A stretch of DNA of 64,000 bases from a virus: the IMG/VR virus record IMGVR_UViG_3300007723_000001, positions 1 to 64,000 of that record. The stretch is one strand, 5' to 3'. The position numbers and the translations under genes are program-made. Of this stretch, positions 20,634-30,553 are shown piece after piece (the first letter of the stretch is position 1; each line of letters starts with the position of its first letter). The notes beneath the pieces were generated by a model. It was not told the DNA's origin. It saw nothing but the letters and a program-made list of their open reading frames with translations, and made no database searches.

Positions 20634-22469
20634 ATGGTTGATTTAAGTAAGAATGAGTTCATCATAAATAGAGTAATAAATGATAACTTTACTGAAAGAG
20701 TAAGAAGGTCTTGCTTTATTATTGATAGTAATTCTTTAAAGGATGAAGAGATAATAGATATTGCTCTAAAGGATATATATCCTAGGATAATGTTTAGGAT
20801 TGCTTTTGTAAAAGATAAAGCTAATAATCCTATATTTAAAGGGATAGGAGAAAACTTTGACTATAATGATACTTACTTAAACGTCTTAAAAGTTATTACT
20901 AAAGAACCTTTTGGTAGTGCTTTTCTTAGTATAGCAGCTTTACTCTGTAGTGCTCATATCATAAGAAATATACCTCTAAATTCTGATATAAAATTATTGG
21001 ATTTAGCTAAACAAATAGAGGATAGAGCTATAGAAGACTTGGAAGTTATGATAGGAACTTTAGCGGAAGATCCTCAAGTCATTCAACAAATTATCAGACC
21101 TACAGGCTCTATTGGTAGTGAAGGACAAGGTTCAGTAACTACTGATCCTGCTTTTTATTTTGCCCCTTCCATTAATAAAGAAACTGTACCTCCGGAAGTA
21201 TTTGATTATATTAAAGAATCAGCTTTATTAGAAGATGTTGATATAGAACCTAACATTAAAGTTCCTAGTAACAAAATAGCTTTCTGTTGGTTTTATATTA
21301 CAAGTGTATTAAAGAATGGATATCAAGAAGGTGTTGTTTTAATAAAAGATGGACAGTCAATTGAAAGCTTAATAGAAGACCTAGCAGGTAATATTAATGA
21401 AGCGGCTATTAGTCTACAAAGTCCGCTTATTGCATCTCCTAATAGAGGTGAACTAAGAACCATAACAGCTAAATATACAGAAGACGAATTATATCCTGAA
21501 TTAACTATTAACAAAGTTAATTCTAAAAAAGAAGTTTCATTTTATTTAACTACAAGGATTCATAGTTTAAGAATAACTTCAAGACTCCTTTCTCCTATAT
21601 CTAATAGAGAAATAATTTGTATAAATATATATTCTTTAGATAAAGACTTATTTATTAATAACAGTCCTAGCACTGAAGATTTATTAAGTTATAGGAGTAT
21701 AGCAAATAGAGGAATTGATGGAGTTATTTATGGTATAAAGCCTTATTACAAAGCTATGAGCAGTATTGGTCCTCATTCTTTATTAGTAGATATTGAGAAG
21801 GGTAATGTAAATATCTCATCTGTAATTAAGTCTCCTAATGACGATGACGATGAGAATGATTCAAATATAGTAGATAAAAGTTTAGACGAAATTGACACTG
21901 AGACTATAGATACATTCTTCTTCAGATTACAAGAAGGAGTACAGTCTTTGTCAGGGCAACTTAAAGTGAGAGTAAGTACAGCTCCTATCTCACCAAATAT
22001 TAATGAATGGATTATCCCTATTAATACTCTTAATGCTGATCAAATAGCCTTTCAGTTCTTAAATTCTTTTTATATTAATAAGCTCCATAATCAGGTATTA
22101 GGTAGTATGAGTAGTACTAGTAGTGTACAAATGGTTAGCTTTATTCAAACAGAAGAGGAGATAAGAATTATAGTTGATATATTGGAAGTACCTAAAGGAT
22201 TGGAGATAGCTATTGGGAATCCTTTAAGACCTATAACCACTTATAAAAATGGGCCTAGAAGTATAAATATAAAAGCTAGATTAGATTTTGTAAATTATGC
22301 TAGAAATACTGGTCCTGATAGTGGAAATAGTAATATGAGAGTAGGTTCAGCTGTTGCATCTAGTCCTTCTCCTGGTTTAAGTAAAGTTAATAGAATAATA
22401 GAGAATCTAAAATATCCTTGCGGTAAGCCTATACAATATAGAGATACAAATAACCGTAACTGTAAGTAA
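20634..22469 (+). CDS. Putative head-tail adaptor (helical N-terminus) with large C-terminal extension
   Basis: Position after head genes; N-terminal ~150 aa has a connector-like helical pattern (D..I..I...., IAALL.SA, A..IE..A...LE). Confidence 0.4.
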   Translation: MVDLSKNEFIINRVINDNFTERVRRSCFIIDSNSLKDEEIIDIALKDIYPRIMFRIAFVKDKANNPIFKGIGENFDYNDTYLNVLKVITKEPFGSAFLSIAALLCSAHIIRNIPLNSDIKLLDLAKQIEDRAIEDLEVMIGTLAEDPQVIQQIIRPTGSIGSEGQGSVTTDPAFYFAPSINKETVPPEVFDYIKESALLEDVDIEPNIKVPSNKIAFCWFYITSVLKNGYQEGVVLIKDGQSIESLIEDLAGNINEAAISLQSPLIASPNRGELRTITAKYTEDELYPELTINKVNSKKEVSFYLTTRIHSLRITSRLLSPISNREIICINIYSLDKDLFINNSPSTEDLLSYRSIANRGIDGVIYGIKPYYKAMSSIGPHSLLVDIEKGNVNISSVIKSPNDDDDENDSNIVDKSLDEIDTETIDTFFFRLQEGVQSLSGQLKVRVSTAPISPNINEWIIPINTLNADQIAFQFLNSFYINKLHNQVLGSMSSTSSVQMVSFIQTEEEIRIIVDILEVPKGLEIAIGNPLRPITTYKNGPRSINIKARLDFVNYARNTGPDSGNSNMRVGSAVASSPSPGLSKVNRIIENLKYPCGKPIQYRDTNNRNCK

Positions 22470-22478
22470 TTCAACCAT

Positions 22479-23234
22479 ATGATTGGAACATTTCCAGTAG
22501 GCCCTCCTTTACCATCACTACCATATCTCTGTGAATACTTTTTTAGATTAATTGGTAATCATCCATTAATAGCTAATCCAGTAGTAAGACATCCATTAAC
22601 TGACGAAAGAGTTTATATAGAAAGATATAAGTTATATAACGGTATAGAAACTGAAGAAGGTTTAGCTTGTTCAATATTCCCACATTCAACCCCTACTGAT
22701 GGATTGTCTTTACCTAAACCTGCTGAAGTCTCTACGTCTGCTCTATTTGGTAGTGGAGATGATCCTACATTAGGAGTAACAGTAGAAGATGTAATTTACC
22801 ATATAGGTATAAAGTTACATTATGCATGTAATATAAAAGGTAACCTTCATCCTTCTGATCCTTTTAGGACTTTACCAGTAGATGCTGCTATTCATCCTTC
22901 TCACGAATTAAAATATGATATAGGTACAAAAGTTGTACCAGTAAATATAAATCCTGGGATTTATATAATAGGTGAATATATGGAGTTAATACGACTTGCT
23001 ATACATGATAGAAATAATGCAGATGTAAAAAGATTAATGGATGTTCCATATCATCCTAAAAGAGTAGAAGTATTATATTTCAATTTAAAGACAGCTCCTT
23101 GGGAAAAAGATAGATCAGTCTATTTTCATGAAGGAGAAATACTTATAAGAATTGATGATAAAGTATCTAAAGGTTGGAGGTCTAGGTTTAATAAACCAGC
23201 TACTTGTACTACTCTTACTATTGAAAGATCTTAA
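22479..23234 (+). CDS. Putative neck/tail-completion protein
   Basis: Synteny and alpha/beta pattern only. Confidence 0.35.
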   Translation: MIGTFPVGPPLPSLPYLCEYFFRLIGNHPLIANPVVRHPLTDERVYIERYKLYNGIETEEGLACSIFPHSTPTDGLSLPKPAEVSTSALFGSGDDPTLGVTVEDVIYHIGIKLHYACNIKGNLHPSDPFRTLPVDAAIHPSHELKYDIGTKVVPVNINPGIYIIGEYMELIRLAIHDRNNADVKRLMDVPYHPKRVEVLYFNLKTAPWEKDRSVYFHEGEILIRIDDKVSKGWRSRFNKPATCTTLTIERS

Positions 23235-24609
23235 CAGGACTATTATCTTTGAATCCACTTATATGACAAAGATTATTCCCCAACAATATAATATGTTCTA
23301 AATTAGATTTTCTCAAAGTAGCTCCTGCTAAAAATATTAGCTTATTTACTCTCAACAATACATCATTGATTACTTTATTTCTTGTTATTAAGAAAGTTAA
23401 ATCTTGCTGAGGAAAATTTAACGAAGATTTAGGGCTAGATAATTCATCAAACTTAGTAGATGAAATAGCGTTACCTACTATAGAAGGATGACTTATAATA
23501 AAAGCTCTATTTAATAATAAACAAGCTATCGAGATTAATAACATATTATAACCTCCGGGAGGTGTTAAGTATTCTAGAATAAATGAACTAGTAATACTAA
23601 GATTTGATTTAGAGTTACTATCAATGTTTTGATAAAAGGCTGTAGCTAATATATCTAAGTCTGTAGATCTAGATAGATTAGGATCATATAGAAATTGTTT
23701 CCGTAGGTTAATGATTTCATTATATACTCCAGGCCAATTGGTAGATAAAGATTGATGAAGTAGATGATAACTTAACTCTTCCCTTTCATCATACATCCTA
23801 TCTAATCCAGCATTAACAATAATCCTGGCTATCCTAGATAGAATTGTATATGCTTTATATTCATTGGTACCTTCAGACGGTTGTAAGGGTACTTCATAAT
23901 TATTGTTAAACTGCCCAAAGTACCATTTTACTAAATCAGGAATCCATTTAGTAAAGAACTTTAAATTCCTAATTGTATCAGATGTTATTTCTTCAGAAAG
24001 AAACAATTGTTCTGGGAAGTTATATACTTCGAAGTCATACCTTTCTTCTAAATTAGAAGAAGTAGCTAATATATTGTCAAAGTTATTATTCCAATTATTT
24101 AATTTAAAGTCCCCGTAAGAATCAAAATTAACTTTAGAAAATCGATTAAATAAAAGACTAATAGTTTTATAAGCTAGTTCAGAAAAACTAATATATGTTA
24201 AGTCTATATTATTAAGATCCAAAGAAAGATAACCTAAAGAACCATAATATCCCAACCATATAGATTTATGAGATAATGAAAGTTCTTCTACTTTAGAAAA
24301 GTTCAAACTAGGACGTTCATTGTTGAGTAACAACAATCTACTCTTGAAATGATCTGTCAGTTTAGTATTATCTAAATTCTCTATAGTATTAGTAAATATT
24401 AAATAAGATAGTTGACTTTCTATAACTAAATTGACGTACTCAATGCAAGGCTCTAATTCTTTTAATTTAATTTCTATCTGAGAGTGAAAGTCTTTTATTC
24501 TTCTTGATGATTCTATAGGACAATAGTTAACTACAATAATCTGTCTCTTTTCTAACTCATTAGTAATATTATAAGGAGGCTCTATCAAATGTGCAGTATA
24601 TTTTATCAT
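23218..24609 (-). CDS. Hypothetical protein
   Basis: 463-aa ORF, translationally coupled to the upstream ORF. Confidence 0.6.
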   Translation of the reverse strand: MIKYTAHLIEPPYNITNELEKRQIIVVNYCPIESSRRIKDFHSQIEIKLKELEPCIEYVNLVIESQLSYLIFTNTIENLDNTKLTDHFKSRLLLLNNERPSLNFSKVEELSLSHKSIWLGYYGSLGYLSLDLNNIDLTYISFSELAYKTISLLFNRFSKVNFDSYGDFKLNNWNNNFDNILATSSNLEERYDFEVYNFPEQLFLSEEITSDTIRNLKFFTKWIPDLVKWYFGQFNNNYEVPLQPSEGTNEYKAYTILSRIARIIVNAGLDRMYDEREELSYHLLHQSLSTNWPGVYNEIINLRKQFLYDPNLSRSTDLDILATAFYQNIDSNSKSNLSITSSFILEYLTPPGGYNMLLISIACLLLNRAFIISHPSIVGNAISSTKFDELSSPKSSLNFPQQDLTFLITRNKVINDVLLRVNKLIFLAGATLRKSNLEHIILLGNNLCHISGFKDNSPVKIFQ

Positions 24610-25265
24610 TAACCTAATAAATGAAAGTCGTAGTCGTTCTTTAGCCTTATTAAACTTTCAATACTTTTATTAGAAAACTTAAATCGATTACACAGAGATG
24701 AAATAACTATAGAATTATCATTGCTAACTATGAAATTATAAATATCCATATAACCTTGATTCCAATTCACAGCCTTAGCAAATCTTGTAAACATATCATA
24801 AAATGAATAGTCTCTAATGTCAAATAAATCCTCTTCAGTATCATATAAAACTTTTAATGCTTTATTAACTCTATATATATTGTTATAGTTATCTTCTACT
24901 TCGGAAAGAATATTGATAATAATCTGGCTTAATGAATATCCTAAAGTATTCGCTGTTAGTTCAAGATGCTTAACTAAAGAAGGTATATTTTGAATTTGTA
25001 TATATCCTAATTTACTTGTATATACATAAGTAATTAAACTTAAAGGTAATCTATATTTATAACTTACTAAAGGTAGTGAAAGATAAGTTGTAGGAATATA
25101 AGAATCAATTAGTTCAATAGTAGGAAATAATAAAGATAGAAAGTCTACCATATAATTATCTCCTGATTGAGAAGCTACTATAGACTCTAATGTATCTATA
25201 TAATTACTAACATTAAAGTCACTAAAATTAGTAGAGCTAGTTTTTCTTACACTATAAGCTTTCAT
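24609..25265 (-). CDS. Hypothetical protein
   Basis: 218-aa ORF overlapping its neighbours by 1-4 nt. Confidence 0.6.
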   Translation of the reverse strand: MKAYSVRKTSSTNFSDFNVSNYIDTLESIVASQSGDNYMVDFLSLLFPTIELIDSYIPTTYLSLPLVSYKYRLPLSLITYVYTSKLGYIQIQNIPSLVKHLELTANTLGYSLSQIIINILSEVEDNYNNIYRVNKALKVLYDTEEDLFDIRDYSFYDMFTRFAKAVNWNQGYMDIYNFIVSNDNSIVISSLCNRFKFSNKSIESLIRLKNDYDFHLLG

Positions 25266-25867
25266 ATCCTTGACAATAGTTCATCTATTTTATCTTTGAG
25301 TAAGTAAGATCTTATTTTCATCAATTTATTCAATTTATAAATATCTTCCTTCTTATGAATTCTAAGTCTATAAAGATTTCTATCTCTATATGTCTTAGCG
25401 TTAATATCTAATCTTTCTACAAGAGCTATATAACAATTATTAATTATAGTTTTTCTAGTTGAGCAGATGTCTAAATAATATTCTTGATGATTAGTTTTAT
25501 TCCAACCATTTGTATAAATAACTTTAGCTTTAGCGTCTAAAATACCAGACAAATAGTTAATCAACAATGGAAGATCAATATTTCTAATATCTTTATTTTC
25601 TAATTGAAGAAAAGAATCTAGTCTAAGTTTACTATGACTTCTAATTTTGCTAGCTTGAATCCTAATCAATCCCGGTTTATATCCTTCTGTCATAAAAGAG
25701 TTCTTAGCCAAAGAACTAATTATAGAGTATATATTACTAGTTAATTGACCATCATTTGAAGTTATAGTAACTCTAGTACTATTCCATCTACCTATAATGT
25801 CTATGACTCCTAAAAGCCAGTATTCTAATTCATTATCACTAAGAGTAATTTGTTTAGCTAATACCAT
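25262..25867 (-). CDS. Free-standing LAGLIDADG-family endonuclease-like protein (degenerate)
   Basis: Two LAGLIDADG-like helices, YWLLGVIDIIG and YLSGILDAKA, plus C-terminal YRLRI..K.D. Confidence 0.65.
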   Translation of the reverse strand: MVLAKQITLSDNELEYWLLGVIDIIGRWNSTRVTITSNDGQLTSNIYSIISSLAKNSFMTEGYKPGLIRIQASKIRSHSKLRLDSFLQLENKDIRNIDLPLLINYLSGILDAKAKVIYTNGWNKTNHQEYYLDICSTRKTIINNCYIALVERLDINAKTYRDRNLYRLRIHKKEDIYKLNKLMKIRSYLLKDKIDELLSRI

Positions 25868-26008
25868 CAGTACCTAATTAATAAAATTTATAAGTAAATA
25901 TTAAGAAGGAGTACAAGTGATAAATCGTTTCACTTTTCAACCCATACACCAAGTTAATATATATCTGTATATAAGTATGTATAACATTAAAAGTCGTTAG
26001 TAAATATT

Positions 26009-28297
26009 ATGGTAAGAGTTCGTATATTAAAACCATTTAGATATATATATAAAGACAAAGACTTAATACTAAGTGGTATTTACACCTTAAACTTAAGCAA
26101 GAAAGAGGAAGCAGATGAATATGCTTGGATTGCATCAGATAATTTCCCCTATAAAAACTTTATATCTTTAGAGTTCATAGATTCAGGCTGTCAAAATCCC
26201 TATCCTCCTGGTCAACCTTCTCCTACACCTACGCCTACACCAACACCACCAGGACAGCCTTCACCATTTCCTATTCCTCCAATGCCTCCAATTAATCCTC
26301 AACCTACACCTGGTCCCGGTCAATCAACTCCATCTTTTATAGATATAAGACAAAGTGCTCCTTTAAACCCTTATCAAGGGTATATATATTATGACATAAC
26401 CAAGGCTCTAATAAGAATATGGACAGGTCAGAATTGGATAGATCTTCCTAATAATACCAACGGTGGAGGTGGTGGAGGGAGTAACGTATTTGATGTTGTT
26501 CCTCCTTTATTTGGAGATATAACTACAAATGGTGTTACTAATGAAACTAATATATCTCCTGGCACTATTGTCAATAAAGATATATCAGAAGGGGCAGAAA
26601 TATCTTTGTCTAAACTAGCTAAAAATCCTTTAGATAGAATCAATCATATTGGTATACAAACTGCTTCTACTATAGTGGATTTTGATGCCCAAGTTAAGAG
26701 AAACAGATTAGACCAATTTAGGTCTCCAATGTCTTCTATTTCTATGGCCGGTAATAGAATAGTAGAATTAGGAGAACCCTGTGAAGACTCTGATGCAGCC
26801 TCAAAAGGTTATGTAGATGCTGTTAGTCAAAACATAAGTTTCTGCGATTTAGTAGGTCCTTCATGTGATATTGATATGAAGGGCTTTAGGTTCACTAATG
26901 TAGGGAACCCCATAGCTAGTTCTGATGCTGTAAATAAATCTTATATAGACAATCTTATAAGCAATTCTTCTGTAAAAGATCCAGTAAGATTAGTATCTAC
27001 AGAAAACATTAATACTTTATCAGGACTAAATCACACTATCGATGGTGTATCCATAACTAATAATAATAGAGTATTGTTAGTAGGTCAAAGTGACCCTAGA
27101 CAGAATGGTATTTATATAACTTCATCCTCAGTCTGGTCACGTACTTTAGATGCCGATAGTGGAAATGAGTTACCGCCTGGGACCACCGTATTTGCTAGAG
27201 AAGGTAAATTTTATAGTGGAACTGGATGGATATTAATGTCTTCAGGGTCTCAAACTGTATTAGGAGTAACTGCTCTTAACTTTAAACAATTCACAGGTAT
27301 AACTTCTGATATAGCTGGTAGAGGATTGTATTTGGAGTCTAATGTTGTACATGTAGGAGGTAAAACAGGAGAAATAATAGTAGAAGAAGATTCTATTGGA
27401 ATAGATCCTATGTGGAGTGGTTCTTCTGCCATAACTACTGTTGGAAAAATCACCAGCGGCTCTTGGGCAGCTTCACCAATACCTATAGCTTATGGAGGTA
27501 CCGGTGGCAGTAGTCCTGCAATGGCCAGATCAAATTTGAGTGCTGCCTCCTCAGGTATTAACTCTGACATTACTGCTTTAACTGGTTTGACCTCTCCGAT
27601 ACCTATATCTTCAGGAGGGACTGGAGCTTGTACTGCTGCTGATGCAAGAAGGAATCTAGAAGTATGTCATTGTAATCAAGGTGTAGCTACAGGCATAACT
27701 CAATTACCAGCCTTTATTGGACCTTTAACAGTCCAACAAGGTGGTACTGGAAGTACTAATGCAAATACTGCAAGGTACAATTTATCAGCTGCTAAGTCAG
27801 GAGATAACTATGACATTATAAGCTTGAATAGTCTAACAACACCTTTATCAATTCAACAAGGTGGAACAGGTGCTACTAATAGTACTGATGCTAGAACTAA
27901 TTTAGGAGCTGTAGGCAGTGGCGCTAACCTTGGTGGAGGTTCTCAATTGTTCAGTAGTATAACGGGTACTGACCCTACAATGAACTTTAGAACTTTAACT
28001 GAAGGTACCGCTATAGGTGTAACTCAAACAGCAAACGAAGTAGAAATAGCAGTAGATCCTACTCAAATAGATATCACCCAAACTATGGGAACGTTACCTA
28101 TAAATAGAGGCGGTACTGGTGCAACTACAGCAGCTCAAGCAATGACCAATCTTGGAGCAATATCTAGTGTAACAGGTTCTCCTGGTATTAATGTAACTAG
28201 AGCTGGTTCTGGAGTAACCGTAGCACCGGCCTTAGTAGCAGGTAATAATATAACTTTGACAGTCGTTGGTAATACTATAGTTATTAGTTCACCTTAA
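26009..28297 (+). CDS. Long fibre protein (tail or head fibre)
   Basis: Shared N-terminal module, PT/PG-rich hinge, DA.(S/N)K.Y(V/I)D repeats, TIDGV...RVLL.GQ....NGIY domain, five P(I/L)..GGTG....A..NL repeats. Confidence 0.8.
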   Translation: MVRVRILKPFRYIYKDKDLILSGIYTLNLSKKEEADEYAWIASDNFPYKNFISLEFIDSGCQNPYPPGQPSPTPTPTPTPPGQPSPFPIPPMPPINPQPTPGPGQSTPSFIDIRQSAPLNPYQGYIYYDITKALIRIWTGQNWIDLPNNTNGGGGGGSNVFDVVPPLFGDITTNGVTNETNISPGTIVNKDISEGAEISLSKLAKNPLDRINHIGIQTASTIVDFDAQVKRNRLDQFRSPMSSISMAGNRIVELGEPCEDSDAASKGYVDAVSQNISFCDLVGPSCDIDMKGFRFTNVGNPIASSDAVNKSYIDNLISNSSVKDPVRLVSTENINTLSGLNHTIDGVSITNNNRVLLVGQSDPRQNGIYITSSSVWSRTLDADSGNELPPGTTVFAREGKFYSGTGWILMSSGSQTVLGVTALNFKQFTGITSDIAGRGLYLESNVVHVGGKTGEIIVEEDSIGIDPMWSGSSAITTVGKITSGSWAASPIPIAYGGTGGSSPAMARSNLSAASSGINSDITALTGLTSPIPISSGGTGACTAADARRNLEVCHCNQGVATGITQLPAFIGPLTVQQGGTGSTNANTARYNLSAAKSGDNYDIISLNSLTTPLSIQQGGTGATNSTDARTNLGAVGSGANLGGGSQLFSSITGTDPTMNFRTLTEGTAIGVTQTANEVEIAVDPTQIDITQTMGTLPINRGGTGATTAAQAMTNLGAISSVTGSPGINVTRAGSGVTVAPALVAGNNITLTVVGNTIVISSP

Positions 28298-28332
28298 TAA
28301 TTCAATTAATTAATACTAAAGATTGTAAAATA

Positions 28333-28386
28333 TAAATCAATAAATATAGAAGTTTACAAAATGAACTTCTATATTTTATTGATTTA
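28333..28386. terminator. Long AT-rich inverted repeat, likely terminator
   Basis: TAAATCAATAAATATAGAAGTT / AACTTCTATATTTTATTGATTTA, ~22-bp stem with one bulge, between fibre and hub genes. Confidence 0.6.
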
Positions 28387-28433
28387 ATATTAAGACTATA
28401 CTTATATGACAATCCTGAATCGTGTATTAATTA

Positions 28434-30536
28434 ATGAAACATTATACTACTAATTGTTCAGTACCAGCAGTGGCTATCACATATGCAGGTGCTTTATCCT
28501 CTTATCAGCCAATCGTATTTACTAGTCAGTTAGGGTTTGAAGACACTGGTAATTTAAAAAGTCCAGATGGTTCAGTAATTCAAAAAGCTGCAAGTAATGA
28601 TTCTAATTTAAATCTACCTACTGATTCTTTTAAAGGTAGAAAATTACGTTGGGTAATTAATTACATGCAAATAAACCTTGTAAGAGACTGGCCAACTTCT
28701 ATGGCTAATATAGTTCTAATTCCTAATGTTCCGGATAAAGAATGTCCTATACCACAACTTCCTTATTTAGGAAATATAAGAGGAGGTAATAATCCTTATT
28801 TAATGTCTGATGATGAAATAAGAATATACATGGGATACTTATCTTCAGCAGTAGCTCCTATAACAAGAGATATGCTAGATGAACATCCTATAGATTTATG
28901 CCCTCAATATACAGAAGACTCTAGTGTAGGTTTTCAATGTACTCCTTATTTTCATACACCTCCAGGATTTAAACAAACTCCTTCCAAACCTTTATGTCCA
29001 GTGTTCTGGGGATTTATAGATAATATAAACTTTCAAGCTGACGAGAGTTCCGGTTATAAATTAGTAATTCAATGTAGAGATAGAACTAGAGTATTTGCTG
29101 ACACAAAAATAATAGCAGTGCCATCTCTTCAAGGTAGATTAGTAGATACCTCTGATAATAGTTGGTTTGGATCAAAAGATAAATCAGGATTAGCTTCAGG
29201 AAGAAGAGAAGATATTTTAATTCAAGTAGCTAGAGCTTCTGTAGGTTCTCTTTTTGAGGGTTCTAATACAAGTAGGGTACAAAATAAAAGACCTCCTTGG
29301 AAACCTATAATAGGTGGAGGTAATATTGAAGACAATCTGTACTCACCAACTTGGAGTAATGAAAAGCTATCTCCTAGGGCTTTAGGTGTACAGCTATTTA
29401 CAGCATATGAAGGAGATGGATTAAGTCACCTAGTAAAAAATAGTCCTTTAGAAGATATGGCAACTTGGGTGAGAGAAGCTACACATAAAGTCATGTTACC
29501 CCATAGTGAACCTAGATTTCATATGTGGATTATGAGACCGCCTTTAACCAAAGCTAGTGGACAAGCGGTATTCCAAGTATTGGGCAAATCCCCCATGGAA
29601 ATAGTTCAATTCTTAGCAACTACTGAGGAGTTACCTACTGACTTCTTTTGCTCTCATGTAAACGGTGACTTTATGTTTGCACCTAGGATATTAGATATAA
29701 GTGGATTCTACGATCCTAATAGATTTTATAGAACTTACTTTTTTAAAGATTATCCTGGTGATGATAAACCTGCACCAAATCAAGTGATAAAGAGTATGAG
29801 AGTAGTAACTTCTACCTTAGGAACTTTTAATAGATATGCTGTTTTAGATAGTGAAACAGAAGGGGCCTTCTCTGCTTTTATTGATAACTTAAGAGTTACA
29901 CTCGATGTATTACCTTGGACACTTGATGGTACTAAAGGAAGTTACGGGGGTATTTTTGATGAAACAATGGGTAGAGCTGTTTATCCTCCTTCTAGAAATC
30001 AGATTGCTTATGACGGAAATTTAAGTAGTTATGGGCCTAAAGACTTTCAAAGGATAGGTGGTGCTTTAATTGTAGCTATCAGTTTAGCTAGACAATGGTC
30101 TAGAGAATTACATGGTATACAATTAACAATTATTGGAGATCCCACCTTCTTTCCATCCGAAGGGATAAGAGTTTATAATACAGTACTACATGATTTTGGT
30201 ACTAGCGTTAACCCTGGAACTCCAGAAAGTTCAAGTCTTTTCAATGAAACTATGAACAGTCTTGAAAATCTTAAGGAGGATTCCCAAAGTATATCTGAAT
30301 TAACTGGCACCTATTCTCCCCAAGAACAAGATAAGGCTATGAAATCTTTTGGTACACAAGAAGCAGCTAAAACAACTGAGTATGCAAATCAAGCTTTAAG
30401 GAGTCATACTGTAGAAACTAACAAATCTAACATGGTGTTACCTACTTATAAAGTAGTAGCAGTTAGACATACCTTCCAATCTAGGGGTAGGGATCCTGGA
30501 TTTACAACAACCTTAGAAGCAAATAGTGATTATTAA
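28434..30536 (+). CDS. Baseplate hub protein (T4 gp27/Mu gp44/P2 gpD-like)
   Basis: IRIYMGY, VFWGFID.I, L.IQCRD, LTIIGDP, Y.V..VRH.F...GF.TTL motifs; precedes spike. Confidence 0.75.
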   Translation: MKHYTTNCSVPAVAITYAGALSSYQPIVFTSQLGFEDTGNLKSPDGSVIQKAASNDSNLNLPTDSFKGRKLRWVINYMQINLVRDWPTSMANIVLIPNVPDKECPIPQLPYLGNIRGGNNPYLMSDDEIRIYMGYLSSAVAPITRDMLDEHPIDLCPQYTEDSSVGFQCTPYFHTPPGFKQTPSKPLCPVFWGFIDNINFQADESSGYKLVIQCRDRTRVFADTKIIAVPSLQGRLVDTSDNSWFGSKDKSGLASGRREDILIQVARASVGSLFEGSNTSRVQNKRPPWKPIIGGGNIEDNLYSPTWSNEKLSPRALGVQLFTAYEGDGLSHLVKNSPLEDMATWVREATHKVMLPHSEPRFHMWIMRPPLTKASGQAVFQVLGKSPMEIVQFLATTEELPTDFFCSHVNGDFMFAPRILDISGFYDPNRFYRTYFFKDYPGDDKPAPNQVIKSMRVVTSTLGTFNRYAVLDSETEGAFSAFIDNLRVTLDVLPWTLDGTKGSYGGIFDETMGRAVYPPSRNQIAYDGNLSSYGPKDFQRIGGALIVAISLARQWSRELHGIQLTIIGDPTFFPSEGIRVYNTVLHDFGTSVNPGTPESSSLFNETMNSLENLKEDSQSISELTGTYSPQEQDKAMKSFGTQEAAKTTEYANQALRSHTVETNKSNMVLPTYKVVAVRHTFQSRGRDPGFTTTLEANSDY

Positions 30537-30553
30537 GAATATAAAGAAAGAAT

